Below the pieces are notes generated by a model. That model saw only the letters and a program-made list of their open reading frames with translations. It ran no database searches and was not told the DNA's origin. Below, piece after piece: positions 46,009 through 59,258 of a DNA stretch of 64,000 nucleotides. Position 1 is the first letter of the stretch. Each line of letters begins with the position of its first letter. The translations under genes were made by a program, and so were the position numbers. The stretch comes from the human T2T-CHM13v2.0 reference genome, Homo sapiens. Where the stretch lies: assembly GCF_009914755.1 (NCBI RefSeq), contig NC_060928.1. One strand, written 5' to 3'.

Positions 46009-47937
46009 TGACATGGTTTGTCTGTGTCCCTACCCAAATCTCAAGTTGAATTGTATCTCACAGATATCCCACATGTTGTGGGAGGGACCCAGGGGCAGGT
46101 AATTGAATCATCGGGGCCAGTCTTTCCTGTGCTATTCTCATGATAGTGACTAAGTCTCACGAGATCTGATGGGTTTATCAGGGGTTTCCACTTTTGCTTC
46201 TTCCTCATTTTTCTCCTGCTGCTGATGTAAGAAGTGCCTTTCACCTCCCACCATGATTCTGAGGCCTCCCCAGCCATGTGGAACTATAAGTCCAATTAAA
46301 CCTTTTTTGTTCCCAGTATGTCTTTATCAGGAGTGTGAAAACAAACTAATACAATAAATTGGTACCAGTAGAGTGGGCTGCTGCTGAAAAGATACCCAAA
46401 AATGTGGAAGTGACTTCAGAACTGGGTAACAGGCAGAGGTTGTAGCAGTTTGGAGGGCTCAGAAACTTTGTGGGAAAGTTTAGAACTTTCTAGATACTTG
46501 CTGAATGGCTTTGCCCAAAATGCTGACAGTGATATGGACAATAAGGTCCAGTTTGAGGTGGTCTCAAATGGAGATGAGGAATTTGTTGGGAACTGGAGCA
46601 AAGGTGACTCTTGCTATGTTTTAGCAAAGAAACTAGTGGCGTTTTGCCCCTGCCCTAGAGATGTGCGGAATTTTGAACTTGAGACAGATGATTTAGGGTA
46701 TCTGGCAGAAGAAGTTTCTAAGTAGTAAAGTATTCAAAAGATGACTTGGGTGCTGTTAAAGGCATTCAGTTTTATAAGAGAAGCAGAGCATAAAAGTTTG
46801 GAAAATTTGCAGCCTGACTATGCCACAGAAAAGAAAAATCCATTTTCTAGGGAGAAATTCAAGCCAGCTGCAGAAATTTGCATAAATAGCAAGGAGCCTA
46901 ATGTTAATCCCAAAGACCATGTAGAAAATGTCCCTAGGGCATGTAAGAGACCTTCAAGGCAACCCCTCCCATTACAGGCCTGGAGGCCCAGGAGCAAAAA
47001 ATGGTTTTGTGGGTCAGGCCCAGTGTCCTCATGCTGTGTGCCGCCTAGGGACTTGATTCCCTGTGTCCCAGCCACTCCAGCCATGGCTGAAAGGGGCCAA
47101 TGTACAGCTTGGGCTGTAGCTTCAGAGGGTGGAAGCTGTCAAGCCTTGGCTATACCAAGCTATACCTTGCAAAACCACAGAAGCAAAGCTGCCCAAGACT
47201 ATGGGAACCTAACTCTTGCATCAGCTTGACCCTGATGTGAGACATGGAGTAAAAGGAGATCATTTTGGAGCTTTAAAATTTGACTGCCCCACTGGATTTT
47301 GAACTTGCATGGGCCCTGTAACCCCTTTATTTGACCAATTTCTCCCATTTGGAATGGCTGTATTTACTGAATACCTGTATCCCCATTTTATCTAGGAAAT
47401 AACTAGCTTGCTTTTGATTTTATAGGCTTATAGGTGGAAGGGACTTTCTTTGTCTCATATGAGACTTTGGACTGTGGACTTTTGAGTTAATGCTGAAACA
47501 AGTTAAAACTTTGGGGGACTGTTGGGAAGGCATGATTGGTTTTGAAATGTGAGGACATGAGATTTGGAGGGGCCAAGGGCAGAATGATATGGTTTGGCTG
47601 TGTTACCGCCCAAATCTCAACTTGAATTTTATCTCCCAGTATTCCCACATGTTGTGGGAGGGACCCAGGGGGAGGTAATTGGATCATGGGGGCTTGTCTT
47701 TCCCGTGCTATTGTCGTGATAGTGACTAAGTCTCACGATATCTAATGGGTTTATCAGGGGTTTCCACTTCTGCTTCTTCCTCATTTTTCTCTTGCCGCCA
47801 ATGTAAGAAGTGCCTTTCAGCTCCCACCATGTTTCTGAGGCTTCCCCAGCCATGTGGGACTGTAAGTCCAATTAAACCTCTTTTTGTTCCCAGTTTCAGG
47901 TATGTCTTTATCAGCAGCATGTAAGTGAACTAATACA
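46009..47937 (+). mobile_element. THE1A provirus with internal deletion; LTRs 46009-46353 and 47585-47937
   Basis: THE1A-specific GGGTTTATCAGGGGTTTCCACTT in both LTRs; perfect TSD CATAT at 46004-46008 and 47938-47942. Confidence 0.95.
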
Positions 47938-50096
47938 CATATGCACATACATGCATGTAAGCCCATACAACTATATATACATGTGTACCAATACACAGAT
48001 ATATACACAAATATATGTATGTGCAATGCAAACTTCATATATTAAGACTGTAATTTTAGAAAATCAAGAATTAAATAATAAAGTTCTGTAAGACAATGAC
48101 TCAGCACTCTAAAGGTCTTTTCCTTATCATCAGGTCCCTTGGGTCTTAATTCAGATCCTATTGTCTCTTCATTTATATGGCATTCTAACAACTTGTTCAT
48201 CCTAAATATAGGAAACTTTCTAGAAAATGTTACAAAGACAGGAAAAAAAGTATAGCTGACAATCACCAAAAAAGACAGATAAAAAGTGTGCTATCTTATT
48301 GCCCATTACAATAATTATCACAATACTAGTAATGATTGCTTTTTGAGGAAAGATTAACTTGTAATCAGCATAGTCTGTCTGAAAGGCATAAATACATCTG
48401 ATACATTTAAAAAATATTTTCATGAAATATTGCCTTTTTTTAGGTTTAAGCACTACAGGGTATTCCTCAGTTACATAGAAAATTGATCAGTAGAGAATTC
48501 ATTCATTATGTAGCTAGGTTAAGTACAGAATTAAAATGAGATACTATTATATAAAACATTTGTAGAATTCTAGTGATAAAATACAAGCATTTTATAAACT
48601 CAGAAAAATATGGAGAAGCTTTTTGGGTTGGGAGCTTGGGCCTAGTACTAAAGGTTGCTGTTTTCAAGGTGGCTTTTTTCCCATCATTCAGAATGAAATG
48701 CAAAACTAAGAACAGTAGCCAATTCCATAAACTTTCTCACCTTGCATCTTTGGATAAAGGGGAAGTTTCTATTTTAGCTTACTATCAGCTTAAAATTGCA
48801 AATAAGTTTGAATGCCACAGCTATTTGGTAGATGGCTGGGTTCCCATGGACACAGAGTGTCAAAAATCACCTCAACAGGAACGAGGGAAGTAAGTAATGA
48901 AGGTTATAATCTCAAGGGATGGGAAAGGCAGTTCCTGGAGAGAACTACTTTGCCCAAAGTCATGACATTAAAATGGACCATATGTCTTCCTGTTTGAATG
49001 TGTGCATCTATTTTGTCTCTACACTGTCTCTTTTGTTCACCTTGTCACCCTGAGAATCACAATGAATGGTCTAAAAATGGAGAAATCACAAGAGTCCCAA
49101 CCATAGAAGTCAAAACCAAACCACAAACTGGCTAAATTTGAAACTTATAAAATAAAAAGCAAAATAACTCACCATCAATTGTATAATTAAAGACTCTTTC
49201 AGAAAGAAAGCACTCCCTGGCCTGCAGTTTATTCATCCTCCATCCACTGATCTGCCTCAGTTTCCCCCAGTGTGACTGGGACAGCCTGTCTCAAAGAGGC
49301 ACAACCTGAAAATCAAACATGAGAACATTTTCCCCACTTTCTGTGTAGATGCAGATATCCTCAAAGAGTTACTCTACTGTTACTCGTCCCCCTTCTGTTC
49401 CAGGCCAACCACCACACACCCACCAGATACAACACATTGCATCTTCAACAGTGATGACCACTTGTGTATGTTGTTAACTTTTCTCTGGTCATATTAAATC
49501 CCTCCTTCTGGGTCCTAGAAAAATGACATTTTTAGTCCTTTTCCTTTTGTACCTAGCCTATCCCTTAGCCTATTTGATGAGTAGAAGATGAAATAACATA
49601 CAGAAGGATGCCCAGCATGACCAGGAAAATGACTCATCTGGCCAAATAATCTGTCCCATGGAAAACTACTGAGCCTTGCCAAATGTGTATAGACATTAAT
49701 TCCTAAAATACTACAGGAGCGGTTAGGGGCTTTTCAGGCTCTGGTGTTTAAAAGGTTTCCATGTTATCTTGATCAGGGTTTCTAAGCTTTCAATCCATCC
49801 AAGGAGTGGATAAATTTTAAAGTCTTAGGAGCTCCCTCATACTATATGCCAGTTTTTATGTATATTTATATGTTTATTTCTTTAATTGGTGGAATACATC
49901 ATTTTCCCAAGCATTTTGGGGTTCTAGCCATCAAGTTTTTATTCACTCATTTAACTCATATTAACTGAATTATTTAAATGTGCTAGGTACCATGATAATC
50001 ACATGGGTATAATAAGAAATAAATCAAACATAATCACTGACCTCACAGAACTTAAAGATCAGCAGAGAAAGAAGACATTTCATAAGAAAGATATTG

Positions 50097-50454
<358 letters not shown>

Positions 50455-50761
50455 CTACAGGGTACTTTGATAACATGTAACATGGGGACATTTTGAGAGA
50501 TAAGTCTATTATCAGCCATATTAGTAGCTGAAAATATATATCATTGCAGAGGTTTATTGGCCTTACTTTGAAGTGATTTCAGTAAAGGTATATATCAAAC
50601 TGCCACAAACCTCAACAGCTTGAAACAACAAACATTTATTTCTCCCTCATGCATGTGTCAGTTAGCCGAGCTGGTTTGGTTCTATATCGGTCTAGGAGTC
50701 TGCAGATCAACTGGAGTGACTAAGCTGGGGGTTTATGAAATGCATCCTGCAATATGTTCTT

Positions 50762-51827
<1,066 letters not shown>

Positions 51828-53069
51828 TGCAATATGTTCTTCTCACGGCAACTGCAGAAGCAGGAGAGGTAAGATAAGCCCACTGGGTAGCTGACTTCAA
51901 GCTGGCTTATGTCACATCCTCTAACATCTCATTGGCCAAAGCAAGACATGTGGCCAAGCCCAAAGTCAAATATGGGGAAATATATTCCATGTGCCATGAG
52001 GTCGAAGATATGAATGTAGAATCCTGCTGTTACACAAGGGAGAGAGAAGAATTGGAACCAATAATTCAATCTACTGCATTTGGCTGGAAAAATCCTGATT
52101 GTACAACTTACCTATTGCACGGTTGCAATTAAACAGGAATTAACATTCTTAGGAGTAAACATGTTTGAGCATGATTTTTGGTTTCAAGGAACTTAAGTTC
52201 CTCAGGGAGATAAAATATCCATAGGGCAGGATGAGGAGGACCTCACTCTCACCTGGGTCGGGTCCTCTGAATTCACTAAGATATTCTCAGCTGTCACATT
52301 TCCATGAATATATTCATGTTCATGGAGGAACTGCAGGGCACCCAGCTCAGGGAAGGAAAAAGGAAGCATCTCTTTCATCAAGGTAGAAAGAGATAAGGGT
52401 ACCAGAAGAGCACAAATAAGGAGCTACACAGAGCTACTGCTTCAGATTGGAGGATGGTGCTATGGAAAGTTCGCAGAGAAGAGATCTTAACCTTGAAACT
52501 TGGCTTCTTATTAAACATACAAAGACTGGAAGCAAGGGCATTCAAAATCCTCTGTTGATGTCTAACCAAATTTTCTCCACTCAGATATGAAGTAAGGGAA
52601 AGAAAATAAAACTTTTCCTCACACAAAATATTTCCAGTTTAATTAGAGAAAGTCAGAACAAATGCACAAATTCTCCAGCCATGTAAATATAGGAAGCTTC
52701 TTAGCCTCTCATTTCCCATGAGGGAGTCTCCTTTTCCTAATAGAATCTTTATTAGCCCATTTGGAATTGGAAGAAGCCTGTTCTGAACAATAAAATCCTA
52801 ATGCCAGGTTTTTAGCTATGAGGTCCTTAAAGGTAAGCCTGTGTTTTATCAAGTCTTACCTGACTACCAATACCAAGAACCTTAATTTATACAAAACAGA
52901 TGTAAATAAAAAGGCTTTCCCGACATGAACTGAACGTGAGAGGACATTATAATCCAAGAGAGGGAATTTTAACAGATTTGTGAAGTAGGTACTTAAGGTT
53001 GTGAATGGAAGAGGAAAAGGGAATGGTTTTTAAAACCGTTCTATGATCTCATTCTAAGAAGAATTTGAA

Positions 53070-53260
53070 GAAAGTGGTGTTTGCTGATTACCTAATATGC
53101 ATCAGACATTGTTCTAAGAACTTCACATCTCTTACCTCATTTGGCCTTCACAGATTCCCTATTACTTATTACCCCCTGCTATATATAAGGAAACTAAATA
53201 GGAAGAACTTTCACTGGGTCACAGAAGAAGTGAATGCCTGATTTCCAGGTAAAACTAGTT
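53070..53260 (-). mobile_element. MIR
   Basis: CAGACATTGTTCTAAG...AAGGAAACTAAA...GGTCACAG. Confidence 0.65.
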
Positions 53261-54309
53261 AGAGATGGTTCTAACCTTCTGTGTATATCTGGCTACCCAT
53301 AAGGGATGACCATAGCTTTCCAGTCCACATTTTCTGTCTCCTGAAACCTCATAATAACAATAGGAAAGCAAAAACATGGTTTAACATCTAAACTTCCATG
53401 GATGAGAAGGGCAGGGACAAAAAAGACAACTATCAGAAAACGGAGTTCTCAAAGGCTCTGGAACTGGCAGTATCAATTACCTCTAAACATGGGAATGAAT
53501 GATGCAATGAAAAAAAAAGAATTGGTTTAAAATATCAGAAAGAAACAGTCAGATCCTAGATGTCTTTTCCTAATCTGGGCTGCTAGGCATCTTACCTCTC
53601 CTTACCTCAGCAATATCTGGAGTTTTATTGTTTGGAGGTGAAATAGCAAAGGGTCTTTAGACTGGGAGGCACCAGGTAAAATGAGGTCAGAAGTACCACA
53701 GTGAAAACAGGAGGATGGTGTTAACTTGTCCATGCACGGTGGGTGCTGGAGCCCTTTGTCTTCTTTTCCCACCCCACTCCTGATGCTAGCAGTCAGGTCT
53801 TTACCCCACTTTAATCTCCATGTTATACTACTTCTAGTCATAATGATGCAATTACTGAATATTGACATAACCCAAATTCCAGGTAAGTGAATTGAGAGGA
53901 CAGGGAATAGCAAGGGCATGAATGTGTGGTGAGAGGCAATGAGGAGGGAAATAGTGTGCAAATTTCATCTCATTTTGAAAGTGGGAAGTCAATAGATGAT
54001 GCCCCAAATTGGGGAGGAAAAAAGAATAAGTCATTCAACATGTTATGTAGGCATTGGATGATAAGGCCAAAATAATCGAAGTGATTGCTATCAAGGCTAG
54101 AGACATTAAGTAGAAGCTTGTAGGGAACTGTTGTTGTTTACAACCAATCTTGTAGAACTAGTTAACTCTTCAAACTCTGGGCATGTTGAACTTTTATATA
54201 ACAATTAAAAAAGAAGAAGAACAAAGTGAGTGGTAGAACTATGCTGTCTCCTACTGGGAAATTCTCACACTGGGAATTACTAATTTCTCTGGGAATGACA
54301 TTGTAGCTG

Positions 54310-54480
54310 ATACTGTGTGGTAGAAAGCAAGCGCATGGCAGAGCCAGGTTCCAGCCTGCTTCTGCCAACAACTAGCTGTGTGACCTTGGCCACAACACCT
54401 TCCTTTATCTCCCTTGGTCTCAGCTTTGTCACCCACACAAAGAGGTATTGAACTAGAAAATCTCACATCTTTTTGATGAG
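54310..54480 (+). mobile_element. MIR fragment
   Basis: TTCTGCCAACAACTAGCTGTGTGACCTTGGCCA. Confidence 0.7.
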
Positions 54481-54962
54481 ATCCAGCAAAGGAGGAGAGG
54501 CCATGCAGCAGGTCAAGAGCCAGTGAAATAGGAGAACCCTGAGACAAAGGAAGGAAATTGCAGCAGATTCCCCCTCTGTCCATCCCTCTGTCTCCACCTA
54601 CTTCCTTTCCTATCCTCTGTTGTTAGGATCCTAATAATGTCGTGCGGCTGTCCTCCTGGCTTTTCGTGCCCCCTCCAGTGGTGGCCTCCCATTCTGCTCC
54701 CCTAGGACTGTATTCACTGCTAGCCCCACCTTTTTGCCAATCCCTCACAGACCCTGGACTTTACCCAGCCTGATTAGACACTTAGAGGTCAGTGATTCTT
54801 GATATTGTTGAACCAAAAATACATTTGAGAATCGGATGATGCCCTATCAACCCTTTGAAGAAGAAAAATCACCACATATACTCAAAATTCTGCTTTCAAA
54901 TACCTCTTGAAGCCCATCGCTGAATTCTATAATCAGACCTTAGAGATTGATGGGTTAATAAC

Positions 54963-55089
54963 GGGAGGGACAGCATTAGGAGATATACCTAACGTAAATG
55001 ACGAGTTAATGGGTGCAGCACACCAACATGGCACACGTATACATATGTAACCGACCTGCACGTTGTGCACATGTACCCTGGAACTTAAA

Positions 55090-55097
<8 letters not shown>
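54963..55097 (+). mobile_element. Short L1PA4-like 3' end
   Basis: GGGAGGGACAGCATTAGGAGATATACCTAA...GAACTTAAAGTATAAT. Confidence 0.9.

Positions 55098-55098
<1 letters not shown>

Positions 55099-55146
<48 letters not shown>
55099..55146. repeat. (TA)24 microsatellite
   Basis: Uninterrupted TA run in place of the L1 poly(A) tail. Confidence 0.95.
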
Positions 55147-55147
<1 letters not shown>

Positions 55148-55692
55148 CAATTAGTACTCTATTTGGTGATTTTTTAAAATTTACAAAACTATTTCACATA
55201 CGTGATCACACTACGGCTTTTCTCAAAGTAAAATGCAGAAAATCATGGCCATTATAGTTTTATTTTCATCATTGTGTTGGGTACTCTCACACATAGATGC
55301 TATTTTTTATTCAACAGTTCAAGCAAGTTTCTGTTATGACCATTTCTGAGAACAGGACAGTTGGGCCCAGACAAAACCATTGAATATGTTAGAGTGAACA
55401 ATGAGTTAGTTTAATAAACAGACAGAAAGGGGATGGTCTCCCAAAGTCAAGTCTCTTTTTTTTTTCTTTCACATCGTGGTCCAAGATGAGAAGGCAGACT
55501 CTGCTTGAGGGAGACATTTAAGCAATCCAGATTCTTTGGCACTATAGAACCCAACATGTGGTCTTCAAGATGGTTCCAGGCACTGATATTTTCAGGCAGT
55601 GAGAGGGAAAAGAGAAAGATGTCTAGAGCAAGTATCTTTTAAGTGGGTGAGATGGAAGTTGTACACAGTTACTTCTGCTGACCATTGGTGAG

Positions 55693-56073
55693 TGTTATAA
55701 GCAGAATCATGTTGCTCCAAAATTTATATGTTAATGTACTACCTCCCAGTACCTCATAAAGTGACTGCATTTGGAGATAGAGTCTTCAGAGAGGTAATTA
55801 AATTAAAATAAGGTTACTAATGTGGGCTTCAATCTGATATTACTGGTGCTCTTATAAGAAGGAATTTTGGCAGAGATGAACACAGAGGGAAGACCAGATG
55901 AAGACAGGGGGGAAAATATTGCCATGTTTAAGCCAAAGAGAGAGGCCTCAGAAGAAACAAATGCTGTTGACACCTTGATCTTGGACTTCTAGTCTTCATA
56001 ATTGTGAGAAAATAAATGTATGTTTAAGACATCCAGTAGTACTTTGTCATGGTATCTCTGGCAAATTAACACA
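55693..56073 (+). mobile_element. MLT1B-like solo LTR (nested in an older antisense MLT1)
   Basis: GTGACTGCATTTGGAGATAG...GAGAGGCCTCAGAAGAAAC...ACACCTTGATCTTGGACTTC. Confidence 0.85.
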
Positions 56074-57109
56074 GGTACATTGGAAACTTGGCCAAATGAC
56101 CATTTCTAATGAGCTAGGGAGCTGTGTGCCTAGACAGAAGGGAAAAACAGAAACGGTGGCAAACAAGTCTCTATCCACTGTATTAATTTACTTTAGGTCA
56201 TGTAGCTTTAAGTTGAACAAATATTCAAATCTAGGATTTCTAGCTTAATTTCTAGCATTCTGTTTTCTGTTTTCCCCCCACCAACATGTCATTGAAATGT
56301 TGACTCTGGTCTTTGGTGCCTAAATGCATAGTAGAAATAATTTTGAAAAATTTATGAAGAGCTAATAGGAAAAAGATATTTAGGAATCTTAACATCACCA
56401 TATGCAAATAGGTTTCTTTTCTGCCTCTAGGAATGATCAATTTGCTGTGGGTTCATAAATTTTGTCAGGCCAACAGATCCCACAGCTGCTACAGAAAAAT
56501 CCTAAATATATATCTCTGTAGAAGGGTAAATTATCTTCTGTGTTGAAGCAGTTTTCCTCTGAACCGTGCTTTTCCCCTTTATGCCATGGTTAGAACCCTT
56601 TTCAAGCTTATTGCTGCTGTGATCTTCTGTGCAACTCTATTTTAAGCTGTCTAAGATGGAATGAACTCCTCAGCTATTACTCTTAAGAAAAAAAAGAAAA
56701 AGATTTGCACTGTAGTCAATATTGAACCTGGAATTAGAGAATCTCTGTAATACTGTATTTGGAGTTGGGAAAAGAAAAAGAGGACTCTTGAAACCATGGA
56801 AGAAAATACTTAATTTCTGAAATAGGTATTGGGGTGGATCTTAGCATGACTATATGTGGATAATATTCTGTGACTTCATGAACATAAACTAGCTATTATA
56901 GGTTTCACCAGTAAAGCAAAAACACAGAGGAGCCTTTTCAATATAATTGGAACAACTGGGATGATTAAATTATGCTGGTAGGTTATGTAAGGTATTGCCC
57001 TTCTTATTACGTAAGACATAGTTCTCAAACTTGATACCTACAGGAATTCTGGTGGTTAACATAGAGGGTGAAACATGCTCCATTTTAGGGGAAAATTTGT
57101 ACATCCATT

Positions 57110-57590
57110 TATCTAATAAATATTCATTACTTAATGACAGCATGCCTTCTTCTATGTACTAAAGAGGGAGTCCTTACCCCTGTGGAGCTCACAAATGACA
57201 ACAAAAGACACTAAATAAATATATGGTCTGAAGTCAGTTATATATGTTGTCACATATATGTCATATATGTATGAAAACCTCTTTAAGGATTTTTTAATCA
57301 GGGAGAGACATGATCAGATTTACTTTCTAAATTTTAGTTTTGGTGTAAGAAGAGAGACCAGGGAAGAGCCCATCACAGTAGTCCATTGACAATGCTGAGT
57401 AGGATGAGGGTGGTAAAGGTGAAATAAAAAGATAGGATTCATGGTACATGTGGAAGGCAGACTCTGAAGGATTGCTGAAATCATGAATGAGGAGTGTGAA
57501 AAGAAGAAAAGTGCCAAGGAGGATTCATCTTCAGGGCTTAAGCAATTGGATGAATGGTGGTGTGTTTCTGATAGAATGTGCAGTGGGGGT
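57110..57590 (-). mobile_element. L2 fragment
   Basis: GTGGAGCTCAC...TTTTAATCAGGGAGAGACATGATCAGATTT...AGGATTGCTGA. Confidence 0.65.
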
Positions 57591-57758
57591 TGTAGCAAGT
57601 CAGAGTGTACAACTTATCTGAACCAAAATGGGGCAGCTGTAACTTAGCTCAGAATGATGAAGGCTATTTTCTCTAACACATGTGATAATTACGCTTGTTC
57701 TCTTGTTGCAAAGACACTTTTCAACCTAATTCTTCTCTTTCTCTATAATAAACTTCAA

Positions 57759-59258
57759 TGTGGCTGCATGACAGATGCACCTGACAGCAATAACTTAAGC
57801 ATACCCTGAGAATGACTCTATGGTCTAAGAAGAGTATTGGTTTGGAATTCCAAGGTAAGGAATCTGGGTGTGGCCAACCCAGAGATACAATCCTTATCTG
57901 TGAAGGACATCCAACCCCCTGGCCCACCCTTTTCAACACAGGCCATACAAGGGATAGAGTATCGGGGGAACCAGCCCCCAACATTTCAACATAGGTCCTT
58001 TCTATTTTCCCTAAGTGTCAGCTGGTCTGAGAAATAAAGAGAAAAGTACAAAGAGAGGTATTTTACAGCTGGGCCTCCAGGGTGACATCACATATTGGCA
58101 GGTCTGTGATGTCCCCTGAGCCGCAAAACCAGCAAGTTTTTATTAGGGATTTCAAAAGGAGAGGATGTGTATGAACAGGGAGTAGGTCACAAAGATCACA
58201 TGCTTCAACGGGCAAAAAAGGAGAACAAAGTTCACATGCTTCTGAGGCCAATAAAGATCATAAGGCAAAGGGCAAAGCAAGATCACAAGGCAAGGGCAAA
58301 ATTAGAATTACTGATGAGGGTCTATGTTTGGCTGTGCACGTATTGTCTTGATAAACATCTTAAACAACAGAAAACAGGTTCGAGAGCAGATAACTGGTCT
58401 GACCTCAAATTCACCAGGGTAGGGTTTTTCCCCACCCTAGTGAGACTGAGCATACTGCAGGAGACCAGGGCGTATTTCAGTCCTTACCTCAACTGTATAA
58501 GACAGACACTCCCAGAGCAGCTGTTTATAGACCTCCCCCTAGAAATGCAATTCTTTTCCTAGGGTCTTAATATTTAATATTCCTTGCTAGTAGAAGAATT
58601 TAGTGATAGCTCTCCTACTTGCATGCCCATTTATAGGCTCTCTGCAAGAAGAAAAATATGGCTCTATTCTGCCCGACCCTGCAGGCAGTCCGACCTTATG
58701 GTTGTCTTCCCTTGTTCCCTAAAATCACTGTTATTCTGTTTGCTTTCAAGGTGCACTGATTTCATACTGTTCAAACACACGTTTTACAATCAATTTGTAT
58801 AGTTAGATATACTTATAGTGGTCCTGAGGTGACATACATTCTCAGCTTACGAACATAACAGGATTAAGAGATTAAAGACAGGCATAAGAAATTATAAGAG
58901 TATTATTTAGGAACTGATAAATGTCCATGAAATCTTCACAATTTATGTTCCTCTGCCGTGGCTCCAGCCAGTCCCTCTGTTCGGGTTCCCTGATTTCCCA
59001 CAACAATAGAGGCCCTTTGTTTCGGGTTAAATGAGGTTTCTAGGTAGAGGTTGCTAGGTGAAGGGTGTTAAATGAAAACGCTGTATAAACTGCATGCTTT
59101 CACAAATGGCAGCTCTTATCCTGTCCAGCTGACTACTACTGGACCTGCCTGGGATGAAGGTCTTCAATAAACCCTACGTTTTGTTCATTGGTTTCTGGTC
59201 CCTTCCTTGGTCCCTCAGACATGGTGCCATCCCTATTGTAATCAACTAGGATGTAGAT
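57759..59258 (+). mobile_element. LTR47-like solo LTR split by MER11
   Basis: GATGCACCTGACAGCAATAACTTAAGCATACCCTGAGAATGAC; resumes at GAGGCCCTTTGTT with TATAAA- and AATAAA-like signals. Confidence 0.65.
57960..59005 (-). mobile_element. MER11 (HERV-K11/HML-8) solo LTR
   Basis: About 1.05 kb; minus-strand start TGTTGTGGGAAATCAGGGAACCCG; perfect 6-bp TSD ATAGAG at 57954-57959 and 59006-59011. Confidence 0.9.

Noticed and set aside
58190-58300. Repeated AGATCACA/AAGGCAAAGGGCAAA units as a spaced repeat array
   Set aside because: Internal tandem structure of the MER11 LTR; not CRISPR-like
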